Notes under the pieces: generated by a model | What the model was told of the DNA's origin: nothing | What the model saw: only the letters and a program-made list of their open reading frames with translations | Database searches by the model: none | Position numbers and translations under genes: made by a program | Source: an uncultured bacterium | GTDB lineage: Bacteria > Margulisbacteria > WOR-1 > JAKLHX01 | DNA: 64,000 nt | NCBI GenBank assembly: GCA_964597815.1 | Contig: CAZQZN010000002.1 | Coordinates: 15,436-79,435, forward strand | Direction: 5' to 3' | Shown: piece after piece, positions 49,240 through 62,485 of the stretch | Layout: each line of letters begins with the position of its first letter | Numbering within the stretch: the stretch's first letter is position 1

Positions 49240-51549
49240 CTAAAACTGAGGATATTCCGGTTTTGAACCAACATCTATTATACCCATTTCAATAAGATCA
49301 TTTAATGTTTTTAATATTTTGCGCGGTTTGTTGTCTCCTTCCGGAACAGAAACTATCCCTGCTTCAGTCATTTCATCCATCAATCGTGCCGCTCTGTTAT
49401 ATCCAATTCTCATTCTTCTTTGAAGGTGCGAAGTCGAGGCCTGTCCGCTTTCAATAATAATTCTTGCAGCTTCAGCAAAAAGTTCGTCTCTTTGGTTAGC
49501 TTGATTTTGCCCTTGTAACTGTTTGTCAGACGAGACATATTTTAGGTTCAAAATCTCCTCCGAATATTCTGGCGATGCTTGCTCCTTAATAAAATCAACA
49601 ATCCTTTCAATTTCTTCATCGCTGACAAAAGACCCTTGTACTCTTATTGGTTTCATAGAACCAATTGGAGAATATAACATATCACCTCTGCCGAGCAATT
49701 TTTCCGCGCCGCTCATATCAAGAATAACTCTTGAATCTATTTGAGTGGCAACAGCAAACGAAATTCTGCTTGGAATATTAGCTTTTATAAGCCCAGTTAT
49801 AACATCAACAGAAGGCCGTTGAGTGGCAACAACAAGATGTATCCCTGTAGCGCGCGCCATTTGAGCAATCCGGCAAATAGTTGTTTCAACTTCAGCAGCA
49901 GCAACCATCATAAGATCTGCAAGCTCATCTATAATCACAACAATATAAGGCAGCGGTTCTGGTGCGAATATATCGGGATCCTTTTTTTTCTGTTCTAGAA
50001 GAGATTCTGCCTTTTTATTGAAAGATTGTATATTTCTAACTCCGAAGTTAAAAAACTCTTTATATCTCCTCTCCATTTCTTTTATAACCCAATCTTTCAA
50101 TGTTACAGCGGCTTTTCTGGGATCAGTTACAACAGGAGCCATCAAATGTGGAATATCGCTGTATGTAGCCAGTTCCACCATTTTGGGATCAATCATAATA
50201 AACTTGACTTCATCAGGACGAGCTCTTAAAAGTATGCTAATTATCAAAGAATTAATTGCAACACTTTTGCCAGAACCCGTGGTCCCCGCAATAAGCAGAT
50301 GAGGCATTTTTGATAAATCTCCAAAAATTGAGGCTCCCGCAATATCTTTCCCTATGCCAATGAAAAGTTTTGAAGGATTTTCCAAAAAATCTTGAGTCCT
50401 TGCGATTTCTCCCAGTTTTACAGGGGTAACAGTTGGATTTGGTACTTCAATTCCTACAACTGTTTTGCCAAAAATAGGGGCTTCAATCCTTACACCACCA
50501 GAAGCAAGATTTAGAGCAATATCATCGGCGAGATTAGCAATTTTGCTCACTTTAACGCCAGCTTCGGGTTGAACTTCAAATCTTGTAACAGCAGGCCCTA
50601 TGCTTATATTTACCACTTGAGCTGCTACCCCAAAACTCTTTAAAACTCTTTCAAGATCTTCTTTTCTTTTTTCTGTAAGCTCCTTAAGTTTTTGCGCTCT
50701 TTGCTTTTCTTTCTCGTTTAAAGTATCAAGCAAATTAAGCGGAGGAAGTTTGTATGTGTGACGAATATATTTTTTTGCTTGTTTTTCTCCCGTTGAATCT
50801 ATTTCTAAATTTTCCTTTTCAACCAAAGAAGAAGTGGTGTCAATTACAGTAGTTTTTTCTTCGGCAAAAGATTCTTTCGGCCCCAATTCTTTTAATACTT
50901 CAAGTTGAGCCGGTATTGAGCTAGAATCTTTTGAATAATCCTCCTGATCAAAAGGAAAACTTTCAATTTTACTCTTTTTTGTGCCATTTTGTTTTTTGCC
51001 TTCCTTTTTGTTAAAAGGCATAAAATTTTCCAGAGAAGCCAAAAAGATGTCAAAGTCTGAAATATTGAATATCATTATAAGAGAAATTAAAAATAGCGCG
51101 GACAAAAAAATATTTGTTCCAATAGGGCCAAAGATTTTCTGCAAAGCAGAATTTACGACAAAGCCAATTATTCCTCCAGCACCCTTCATCCATTGATTTT
51201 GGACAGACTCAAAATATCGTGGAAAAAAAATTTGTGAAACGGTAATAAACGACAGAAAAAAAACCAAAAAACCAAAGAATCTAGATTTTAACAGTCTTGG
51301 ATCTTGCTTTGTAAGTAAAATCGCTCCAAAAAAAGACAGCAGAATAGGAAGTAAAAAAACTCCAAAACCAAAAAGCCTTTCCAACCCCATTTTGACAATG
51401 TAAAAACCAAACCAGCCAGTTGGACCGGTTGAAACAGGAGAAGATATTTCGCAGAAAATAATGTATATTGCAAGCGCTATTAATAAAACGCCAGAAGCAA
51501 CATGGCTTTGGCCATTTGCTATATCACTTTCGGATTTTTTCGGTGCCAA
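49240..51549 (-). CDS. ftsK: DNA translocase FtsK (TTG start)
   Basis: N-terminal TM helices; GPAVTRFE, PHLLIAGTTGSGKS, IDELADLM, gamma domain IGYNRAAR. Confidence 0.97.
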   Translation of the reverse strand: MAPKKSESDIANGQSHVASGVLLIALAIYIIFCEISSPVSTGPTGWFGFYIVKMGLERLFGFGVFLLPILLSFFGAILLTKQDPRLLKSRFFGFLVFFLSFITVSQIFFPRYFESVQNQWMKGAGGIIGFVVNSALQKIFGPIGTNIFLSALFLISLIMIFNISDFDIFLASLENFMPFNKKEGKKQNGTKKSKIESFPFDQEDYSKDSSSIPAQLEVLKELGPKESFAEEKTTVIDTTSSLVEKENLEIDSTGEKQAKKYIRHTYKLPPLNLLDTLNEKEKQRAQKLKELTEKRKEDLERVLKSFGVAAQVVNISIGPAVTRFEVQPEAGVKVSKIANLADDIALNLASGGVRIEAPIFGKTVVGIEVPNPTVTPVKLGEIARTQDFLENPSKLFIGIGKDIAGASIFGDLSKMPHLLIAGTTGSGKSVAINSLIISILLRARPDEVKFIMIDPKMVELATYSDIPHLMAPVVTDPRKAAVTLKDWVIKEMERRYKEFFNFGVRNIQSFNKKAESLLEQKKKDPDIFAPEPLPYIVVIIDELADLMMVAAAEVETTICRIAQMARATGIHLVVATQRPSVDVITGLIKANIPSRISFAVATQIDSRVILDMSGAEKLLGRGDMLYSPIGSMKPIRVQGSFVSDEEIERIVDFIKEQASPEYSEEILNLKYVSSDKQLQGQNQANQRDELFAEAARIIIESGQASTSHLQRRMRIGYNRAARLMDEMTEAGIVSVPEGDNKPRKILKTLNDLIEMGIIDVGSKPEYPQF

Positions 51550-52429
51550 ATCTTTTCTCCATCAAAACAAGGAGAGGGCTTGCTATGAATATGGAGGAAT
51601 ATATACCGCTAACAAAACCTATAAAAAGAGTCAACATAAAGTCTTTTAATGTTGACCCGCCAAAAAGCAATATAGCTATAACAACAAACAAAACTGTTAA
51701 TGCGGTGTTTATTGAACGCGCCATTGTTTGAATGATACTTTCGTTTATTATTGCAGTAAAGCTTTTCTTCTCTTTCCTTTCCTTTATCAGATTTTCCCTT
51801 ATTCTGTCAAAAATTACGATAGTATCGTTTATTGAATATCCCAAGATTGTTAATATCGCAGCAACAAAAGCACTATCAACGCTTCTCCACAAAAAAGATA
51901 TCAAGCCAACTGTAACAAGAGCGTCATGCCAAAGAGCAACGATAGCAGCAACAGCATATTTAAACTCAAATCTAAAAGATACATAAACAAGAATCAACAC
52001 GGTAGCTACCAACAATGCCCAAAACGCTTGGCCTCTTAACTCTTTGCCTATTGAAGGGCCAATTGTATCAGCTTCAAGGAGCTCAACATTACCAAATTCT
52101 TTTGATATGTCATCAACTATTTTTGCTCTGACATCATTTTCTATTGGTTCGGTTCTGATTGTGATGTCTTTTTGGCCAGCAAGCTGAATAAAAGATTCGT
52201 TTATACCATATTTTTGGATTATATTTCTGATTTTGCCAATATGATCGCCAATATTGGGTTGATTTTCAAATCTCAAAGTAAGGACTGTTCCACCAGTAAA
52301 ATCAATTCCAAAATTAAGTATTTTACCACGAGAAAAATAATTGAATAACATTGAGCATATACCCAACAAAATTACAAGACCAGATATTAAAAACCAAAGC
52401 CGATATTTTCCAATTATATCGAAATTCAT
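51524..52429 (-). CDS. secF: Protein translocase subunit SecF
   Basis: GIDFTGG, IGPSIG, GYSINDTIVIFDRIRE. Confidence 0.97.
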   Translation of the reverse strand: MNFDIIGKYRLWFLISGLVILLGICSMLFNYFSRGKILNFGIDFTGGTVLTLRFENQPNIGDHIGKIRNIIQKYGINESFIQLAGQKDITIRTEPIENDVRAKIVDDISKEFGNVELLEADTIGPSIGKELRGQAFWALLVATVLILVYVSFRFEFKYAVAAIVALWHDALVTVGLISFLWRSVDSAFVAAILTILGYSINDTIVIFDRIRENLIKERKEKKSFTAIINESIIQTMARSINTALTVLFVVIAILLFGGSTLKDFMLTLFIGFVSGIYSSIFIASPLLVLMEKRFGTEKIRK

Positions 52430-53772
52430 TTTATAAAACCTCTATAAAGCAATGGGCTGTTTTCATCAACCAATATATTCCAATCAACAGACAAATTTAG
52501 GAGAAATTTTGTAATCACAATCGCCGTAAACATACTTACAAAAATGCCAACAGAAAGCGTAACAGCAAAACCTCTTATTGTGCCCGTCCCCAAAAAGAAC
52601 AATGTAATGGTAGCAATTAAAGTAGTGATATTTGAATCCAAAATTGCGCTAAAAGCTCTATTAAAACTTACATCTATTGCTATTCTTAACTTTTTGCCAG
52701 CTTGCAACTCTTCTTTTAATCTTTCAAAAATAATAACATTTGCATCCACTGCCATTCCTATCGAAAGGATAAAACCTGCAATACCTGGCAATGTCAACGT
52801 TGTTCTTAACAAACAAAGGATCGCAATTGTAAGGAAAAAATATACTACAAGAGCAATAACCGATAAAAACCCTGGAAATCTATAATACATAATCATAAAA
52901 ACCACTATTAAGATTATTCCGATTACACCTGCTATCATGCTTTTATCAAGGGAATCTTTCCCTAATGTGGGGCCAATGATCTTTGTTTCAACAACTTTTA
53001 CAGGAACAGGAAGCGCACCACCCCTCAACTGCACAACTAAATCTTTCACTTGAGCAGCGGTAAAACTTCCGGAAATCTGGGCTTTTCCAGAAGGTATTGG
53101 CTCTCTTACTGTCGGCGCAGATATAACTTTTTTATCCAAAACAATTGCAATTGGCTTGCCAACATTTTTTTCCGTGACAGAAGCAAAAATTTGTGCTCCT
53201 TTTTGATTAAACTCAATATCAACAACAGGATTGCCATATTGATCTACACTTGGCCAAGCACCTTTTAGATCGCTTCCTGTCAAAACAGTGTCCTTTAAGA
53301 TTATTGTTCTTTGGGATTGAGTTGAATCATCTTTGCCATCTTCAACTTTTGTAATCCTTGCATTTTCCCCATAAAGAGTTTTAAATTTGTCATTCTCCAA
53401 CAACTTTGAATCAGAAGGTGGCCATTCTGCCTCAATAAATTCCAGCAATGCTGTTTCACCTATAACATTGATAGCATGATCAGCATCTTTTACTCCCGGC
53501 AGTTCAACAATTATCTGTTTTTCACCTTTTCGTTGGATAATAGGTTCAACAACACCCAAAGCATCAATTCTGTTTCTTATAACTGCAATAACACCAGAAA
53601 TTGGATCATCAACTGAAGAGTACTTTTGTGTAGTTTCAGCTTCAAGCACCAATCTTGTTCCACCTTGAATATCAAGCCCAAGATTTAAGGGTTTAAAGTA
53701 ATAAATAAGACAAGAAACAATAACTAAAATAATTAGCGATAAAACTTTTAGCTTGTTTAAAGTATTGCCCAT
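52426..53772 (-). CDS. secD: Protein translocase subunit SecD
   Basis: LGLDIQGG, IGPTLG, GMAVDANVIIFER. Confidence 0.97.
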   Translation of the reverse strand: MGNTLNKLKVLSLIILVIVSCLIYYFKPLNLGLDIQGGTRLVLEAETTQKYSSVDDPISGVIAVIRNRIDALGVVEPIIQRKGEKQIIVELPGVKDADHAINVIGETALLEFIEAEWPPSDSKLLENDKFKTLYGENARITKVEDGKDDSTQSQRTIILKDTVLTGSDLKGAWPSVDQYGNPVVDIEFNQKGAQIFASVTEKNVGKPIAIVLDKKVISAPTVREPIPSGKAQISGSFTAAQVKDLVVQLRGGALPVPVKVVETKIIGPTLGKDSLDKSMIAGVIGIILIVVFMIMYYRFPGFLSVIALVVYFFLTIAILCLLRTTLTLPGIAGFILSIGMAVDANVIIFERLKEELQAGKKLRIAIDVSFNRAFSAILDSNITTLIATITLFFLGTGTIRGFAVTLSVGIFVSMFTAIVITKFLLNLSVDWNILVDENSPLLYRGFIK

Positions 53773-53816
53773 CAACTTTTATTATAAACACTTTTGAAAA
53801 GAATGACAATCAGACA

Positions 53817-55739
53817 TTATAGATTCCAAACATATTTCATATATTCAGAGACCATTCTTTGAGTTAAAAAGTAAGGAGCAACATTTGATACACAGCTGAC
53901 CATCTTGTCTCCCCATAACGAGTTGCAACCATTTTTCAAAAGTTTGTTTTTTATGGAGTGATAATATAAGTCTTTAATTGAGTTTAAAGTTGCATACAAA
54001 GCATAAGCATCTGCTCTATAATTTCTATCTCCATTTTTTGCTTTCATAATGCCAAACGGCCACCCTACATCTCCAAAAGTAAGCATTTCAGGAACACATC
54101 CATCAACTGTTGTCGCAAGAGGAACAGCATTTAAAATCGCATCCATAGTCGAAGTTCCGGAAGCTTCTTCCCCCCATATAGGATTGTTTAGCCAAACATC
54201 TACTCCCGGAATCAATACTCTTGCCATATTTACATCATAATTTGGCAAAAACAAGATTTTTATTCTGTCACCGTATTTTTCGTTTATCAATTTTGCTGAT
54301 TGAAGAAGATTTTGTAAAATATACTTTCCTCCACCCGGTGAAGAATCTTTAGGGTGGGCTTTTCCCGCAAAAATAAACTGAACAGGTTTTTTGGGATCAA
54401 ATACATTTGCCAAAGCGTCAATATCATGAACAAGTAAATCATGCCGCTTATAACCAGCAACTCTTCTTGCAAAGCCAATAGTCAAAACATCCGGTTCCAA
54501 TTTCCTCAAAAATATTTCTGGATCAAGCCCAGCCTCTTCTAAATTATTCCTTTGTTTCTTGCAATACGATATTAAATCCTCTTTTGATTTTGAATGTGCC
54601 TCCCATAATGCTTTTCGAAATTCAGCATTGAAAGACAACTTTGAAAGAGAGGTAAGTGCTTTTGGATTTTCTCTCCAATCAGGGGCATATTTATCGTAAA
54701 CTTCTTGTATGTGTTTTGACGCCCAATCTGGATGAACAGCATTTGTAATTCCACCTTGTGAAATAATTCTTTCAGAATGTTGTGGAAAACTTTTTCTTAA
54801 AAGCTCTCCATTTAATTTTGAAACAGCGTTAATTTTCCCAGCAGAAAACATCGCCAATCCAGTCATATCAATATGAGAAGAATATACGGGCACTTCGTCA
54901 AATTTCTTTAATCTGCCATCAACAGGGCTTGCACCCAAAATCCCAATTAATCTCCTAAAATCTTGGTCGCGAACCATATCAGAAAAAATATCCGCACTAA
55001 ACACGTCTGAAGCAGCACCGACAAGAGTGTGTGATGTGTAAACGATCTTATTTCTAAGTTCTCTTAAAGCATTTTCATCAAGCTTTTCAGGGGTAATTCC
55101 CATTTCAGACAATATCTGAATCGCTCCCAAAGCAGGATGACAATCGTTAAAATGATAAAGATCAATTGGAATTCCAAGTTCCTTCAATGCTTTAACTCCA
55201 CCAATTCCTAAAATCATTTCCTGCCCCAATGTTGCAAATGGATCTTGGGAAGAGCCGGGATATAAAGTATCTGTGATTCTTTCAAAGCCTTCTACGCCAC
55301 AATCTTTTACGCTCATTAAAATGATTGGCAAAACACCGCCGTTTTTGCCTTTCAAAAGCTGACCATACAAAGACACTGGAATTTCTCTGCCTTGAATATT
55401 TACATTTATCGTTTTATCCAGCTTTGTAAGAAAAGGATTTTTATCTATTCCTGAATCAACATAATTTTCATGTTGAAAAAAGTTTGAATCAAACTTTTGA
55501 TGTTGCAAATATTTATGAACTATAGACACCCCAACAATTGGCAATGACTGATCAGCACATTGTTGAAGCCAATCGCTTGATAAAACACCAAGTCCTCCGC
55601 CTCCTGGTCTTTTGTCTGTTCCATATATTTCCGCAGTATGAAACGCAATTCTCCTTGGATATGAATACATTGATTTGATTGCGTTCATAAAAGCAGTTTT
55701 ATTAACTGGCGAAACATATCTAATAAATGAACTTGGCAT
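53817..55739 (-). CDS. Alpha-glucan phosphorylase (GT35)-like protein lacking the PLP-binding lysine
   Basis: GGLGVLSSD, HFNDCHP, YTSHT, ITNAVH, FARRVAGYKR, FAGKAHPKD, EASGTSTMD. Confidence 0.88.
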   Translation of the reverse strand: MPSSFIRYVSPVNKTAFMNAIKSMYSYPRRIAFHTAEIYGTDKRPGGGGLGVLSSDWLQQCADQSLPIVGVSIVHKYLQHQKFDSNFFQHENYVDSGIDKNPFLTKLDKTINVNIQGREIPVSLYGQLLKGKNGGVLPIILMSVKDCGVEGFERITDTLYPGSSQDPFATLGQEMILGIGGVKALKELGIPIDLYHFNDCHPALGAIQILSEMGITPEKLDENALRELRNKIVYTSHTLVGAASDVFSADIFSDMVRDQDFRRLIGILGASPVDGRLKKFDEVPVYSSHIDMTGLAMFSAGKINAVSKLNGELLRKSFPQHSERIISQGGITNAVHPDWASKHIQEVYDKYAPDWRENPKALTSLSKLSFNAEFRKALWEAHSKSKEDLISYCKKQRNNLEEAGLDPEIFLRKLEPDVLTIGFARRVAGYKRHDLLVHDIDALANVFDPKKPVQFIFAGKAHPKDSSPGGGKYILQNLLQSAKLINEKYGDRIKILFLPNYDVNMARVLIPGVDVWLNNPIWGEEASGTSTMDAILNAVPLATTVDGCVPEMLTFGDVGWPFGIMKAKNGDRNYRADAYALYATLNSIKDLYYHSIKNKLLKNGCNSLWGDKMVSCVSNVAPYFLTQRMVSEYMKYVWNL

Positions 55740-55772
55740 GATTCTTTCCCTTGAATAACAATTTCTGAATTT

Positions 55773-55800
55773 TTATCGGCAAAAATAAGCAAAAATTTCA
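55773..55800 (-). promoter_or_regulatory. Possible sigma28-like promoter upstream of the GT35-like gene
   Basis: TGAAA-15 nt-GCCGATAA versus consensus TAAA-N15-GCCGATAA. Confidence 0.4.
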
Positions 55801-55808
55801 AAGAAGAC

Positions 55809-56564
55809 TTATAATTTTAAAACCATGCCATCACGGGCAGAAATCACTTGTATCTTAAATTCCTTTGAAAGCTTTTGTGAAATTTTCTCTGGATCGGCAT
55901 CTAACATAAACTTTCCAAAATGAGTCAAAACAACAATTTTAGGAGTAATTTTTTCAAGCAGCATTTTTACTTCATCAACAGATAGATGGTCCAAATTGCT
56001 CCTTTTGTCTTTCAAAACATTAATTACTACTATATCGGCATTATAATGCTTTGCCAGAGAGTCAAAATATCTTGTGTCAGAAATATATGAAAGAGTTTTG
56101 CCGCTAAAATAAAATTTAAAGCCAAATGTGGTTTGCCCGTGTATATGTCTTATCGGAGTTGTAAAAACAACATCCTTAACTTGGTATTTTCTGCCCTCTT
56201 TTAGTACAATCACTTTATCAAGATATTTTCTAACATACTTTAATACAATGGGATCTCCCTCCAATGCGCTTTTGGGAGCAAATAACAATCCTTTTTTGGC
56301 ATGCCCGCCCAAAGTCATAGCTTCTATCATCGCATTTGCATCACCAGCATGGTCTAAGTGATTATGTGATAATAATATCGCATCAAGTTTTGTTGGATCT
56401 AATTTTGGCTTTGCAGAAAAACATCTAACCAACGCACCGGGACCGGGATCAAGATAAAGATTAGCCAAACCAAGTTTTAACCATATTCCGGCAGAACTTC
56501 TAAGCTGCCTTGCAACCACAATCCTAGCTCCCGCTGTCCCCAAAAACTTGATAAAATTTCCCAC
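55809..56564 (-). CDS. Metallo-beta-lactamase-fold hydrolase
   Basis: FLGTAG, DPGPG, SHNHLDH, SDT, LTH. Confidence 0.85.
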   Translation of the reverse strand: MGNFIKFLGTAGARIVVARQLRSSAGIWLKLGLANLYLDPGPGALVRCFSAKPKLDPTKLDAILLSHNHLDHAGDANAMIEAMTLGGHAKKGLLFAPKSALEGDPIVLKYVRKYLDKVIVLKEGRKYQVKDVVFTTPIRHIHGQTTFGFKFYFSGKTLSYISDTRYFDSLAKHYNADIVVINVLKDKRSNLDHLSVDEVKMLLEKITPKIVVLTHFGKFMLDADPEKISQKLSKEFKIQVISARDGMVLKL

Positions 56565-56580
56565 AATAATACCCCTTTAT

Positions 56581-59930
<3,350 letters not shown>

Positions 59931-59939
59931 GTAAAGTTT

Positions 59940-60551
59940 TTAGGACTTTAATTGGAATCTGATCGGAATTGTAAACCAACATTCAGTCAATTGATTTGAC
60001 GAACTTGCCGGCTCAAAAACCCATTGCGAAACAGCATTTAAAGCTGATTTATCAAGCAATTCAAAACCGGAGCTTTGCTCAATTTTTGTTTGTCCAACTT
60101 TGCCATTTTTTTGTATCATAACGCTTACTATGACTGTGCCTTGTTCTGAGTTTTCAACACTTTTAACTGGATAATCAGGCATTGTTTTGTAAATAATTCT
60201 TGGAGCGACAATACCTTTCTGTGTGGCTGTTTTTGGGACAGTTGTAATATTTCTAACATCTGCAATTTTATTTTGTGCGGTTTTTGCTATATCTGACTGT
60301 TTGGCTATGCTAACAAAATCTCCAACTTTTACAGCATCTTTTTTTATTTCAGTGTCCGCAACAGGAATAACATCTAACTGCCCAACAATTGTAAACTCCG
60401 GAACCAAACTCGCGGCTTTTATGAATTTGTGTTCAATCTTTACAGAAAACCATGCCATAGCAATTAAAATTGCCATAGCAAAAATAACTGGAATATCTAT
60501 CGATTCAAAAATTGAAGTATTAGAATTTGAAAATTTGTATTTGTATTTCAT
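59940..60551 (-). CDS. tonB: TonB energy transducer
   Basis: Single TM helix; C-terminal P.YP...EQGTV, SSGFELLDKSAL.AV..W.FEP. Confidence 0.85.
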   Translation of the reverse strand: MKYKYKFSNSNTSIFESIDIPVIFAMAILIAMAWFSVKIEHKFIKAASLVPEFTIVGQLDVIPVADTEIKKDAVKVGDFVSIAKQSDIAKTAQNKIADVRNITTVPKTATQKGIVAPRIIYKTMPDYPVKSVENSEQGTVIVSVMIQKNGKVGQTKIEQSSGFELLDKSALNAVSQWVFEPASSSNQLTECWFTIPIRFQLKS

Positions 60552-60596
60552 TTTTTATCCCCACTAATCAAATTTTAATTCTTTTGGCGTTTACAG

Positions 60597-62438
60597 TCAA
60601 TAACTTAACCTAATTTCGAATCTTCTTCCCGGCATAGGATAAGGCCTTTCTTTCCAGTCAACTTGGCTATTACCAACCGACTCATAATATGTTTCGTTAA
60701 ACAAGTTCATAACACTTGCTGAAAATGTGATGTCATAAATTTTTTTCAAAAGTGTTAAATCAACAACTCTATAAGCTGGAAGCGTTTTTAAATTATTGGA
60801 ATCTGTAAATACCTGAGATACATCTTTTGATCTTAAATTTATAGTCAAACCATCGGCAAATAATTCTATCCCAGAATTTATTTTATAAGCCGGGCTATAT
60901 GGAATTGTTTTTTGAGAAGAGAGATCTACTACGCTTTCATTGTTGTAATCAACAAAAACCCTGACACCTTTTATTAATTCTTTTTTTATTCCAAAAGTCA
61001 CTCCTTCAATTTTTGCAGAATCAATATTTGTCGTTTGCCAAACAAATGGAGAAGTTTCCTTCCATGTGATCATATCTGAAATATTGTTCTGATAATATCC
61101 AAGCTCAATATTAGATCCATATAAGTCTTTTTCATAATATACGCCGAAAGAACTCCCCTTTTCCGGTTTTAAATTTGGATTGCCAAACATCCCCCAAGAT
61201 GGCTCATCCCAATAAAGTTCGTTGATTGTTGGCGCTCTAAATGATTTTGAAAACGAATATTTTAACCTGCCAAATTCTCCTAAATTCGCGCGCATTAAAA
61301 CAGCTGGAGTTAATTGACTGCCCCAAACCTTGCTATCGTCATACCTTAATCCAAAATTTGCGGCAAGAGGCAGGTCAATATTACTGGATAAGTTTAGAAA
61401 GATTGAAGAATTGTCTATTGAATGTTCTCCTGTTTTGGCGCTTTTGCCATCACTTCTCTTAAAATCACATCCATAAATTAGATTTGAGTTAGAAAAAGAT
61501 ATTGATTTTTGAGCATTCAACGTTAAAATTCTGCCAAAGTAATCTTCATCTGTGAAAGATCCACTAAACACATCAAAGAAATGGACATTTTCGTTTTGTA
61601 CATTTTCACTAAAACTGATTTTATCTAATAACCCAAAATAATCGCCTTTTATATCTATCAATAAATTTCCATAAAAATCTTTTTGTCTATCGTTTGGTGT
61701 TGAAGCCGCCCAAGAATCGTTATCAGAAGGAGGAACGCCGGGATTGCCTCTGTCAGAATTTGCCAATCTATACTTTATCATTAAATTTCCTGCGTATTCA
61801 GCAAACAAAGAAAGCGAATTATTTTTGTAGTCGCTGTTCTGTCTAAATCCATCTGTTCTTAAATTATTGAAATCAAATCCAAAAGAGAGATTTGCCAAAC
61901 TACTTGCCGCTGAAACTGAATAAGAAGACTGATTATAAGAACCATATGAAATTGCAGCGTTGATTTTGTGGCTTTTGTCATCTTTTGTTACAATATTTAT
62001 TGCACCACCAACTGCGTCCGCACCAAATAAATATGACAAAGAATCCTCAACTATTTCAATGCGTTCAACATCTGAAACTTGTATATCATTCAAATCAAAC
62101 ATTCCAAGCAAAGGTGAATTTATCTTTTGCCCATCAAGCAAAAGCAAAACCTGTGAAGCAGTTGCGCTTTTCATTCTAGTAGAACTTATAGACCCCAAAT
62201 ACCCTGTGCTTTTAACTTTTATGGTTGAAACAAGATCTATCGCTTCTGATACTGTTTTTACCCCAGATTTTTTTATTTCGTCCTGAGTAATCACTCTAAC
62301 TTTCTGAAAAGTTTTTGATACTGGAAGCAAAGATTTTGTAGCAACAACAATAAGCTCTTCACCATAAAAAACAGGAACATCAGCAAACAACTTGGAAAAG
62401 AGGAAAAGAAACAAAAAAAGGGGCAGGAACTTTTTCAT
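60597..62438 (-). CDS. btuB: TonB-dependent receptor, probably cobalamin (BtuB-like)
   Basis: Plug motifs (LLLDGQ, VERIEIV, GADAVGGAINI), beta-barrel, aromatic C-terminus; preceded by a B12 riboswitch. Confidence 0.85.
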   Translation of the reverse strand: MKKFLPLFLFLFLFSKLFADVPVFYGEELIVVATKSLLPVSKTFQKVRVITQDEIKKSGVKTVSEAIDLVSTIKVKSTGYLGSISSTRMKSATASQVLLLLDGQKINSPLLGMFDLNDIQVSDVERIEIVEDSLSYLFGADAVGGAINIVTKDDKSHKINAAISYGSYNQSSYSVSAASSLANLSFGFDFNNLRTDGFRQNSDYKNNSLSLFAEYAGNLMIKYRLANSDRGNPGVPPSDNDSWAASTPNDRQKDFYGNLLIDIKGDYFGLLDKISFSENVQNENVHFFDVFSGSFTDEDYFGRILTLNAQKSISFSNSNLIYGCDFKRSDGKSAKTGEHSIDNSSIFLNLSSNIDLPLAANFGLRYDDSKVWGSQLTPAVLMRANLGEFGRLKYSFSKSFRAPTINELYWDEPSWGMFGNPNLKPEKGSSFGVYYEKDLYGSNIELGYYQNNISDMITWKETSPFVWQTTNIDSAKIEGVTFGIKKELIKGVRVFVDYNNESVVDLSSQKTIPYSPAYKINSGIELFADGLTINLRSKDVSQVFTDSNNLKTLPAYRVVDLTLLKKIYDITFSASVMNLFNETYYESVGNSQVDWKERPYPMPGRRFEIRLSY

Positions 62439-62485
62439 GGCTCACTCCTTCTTCCCATTCCGCGAGGATGGGAGTGTATAATCTA

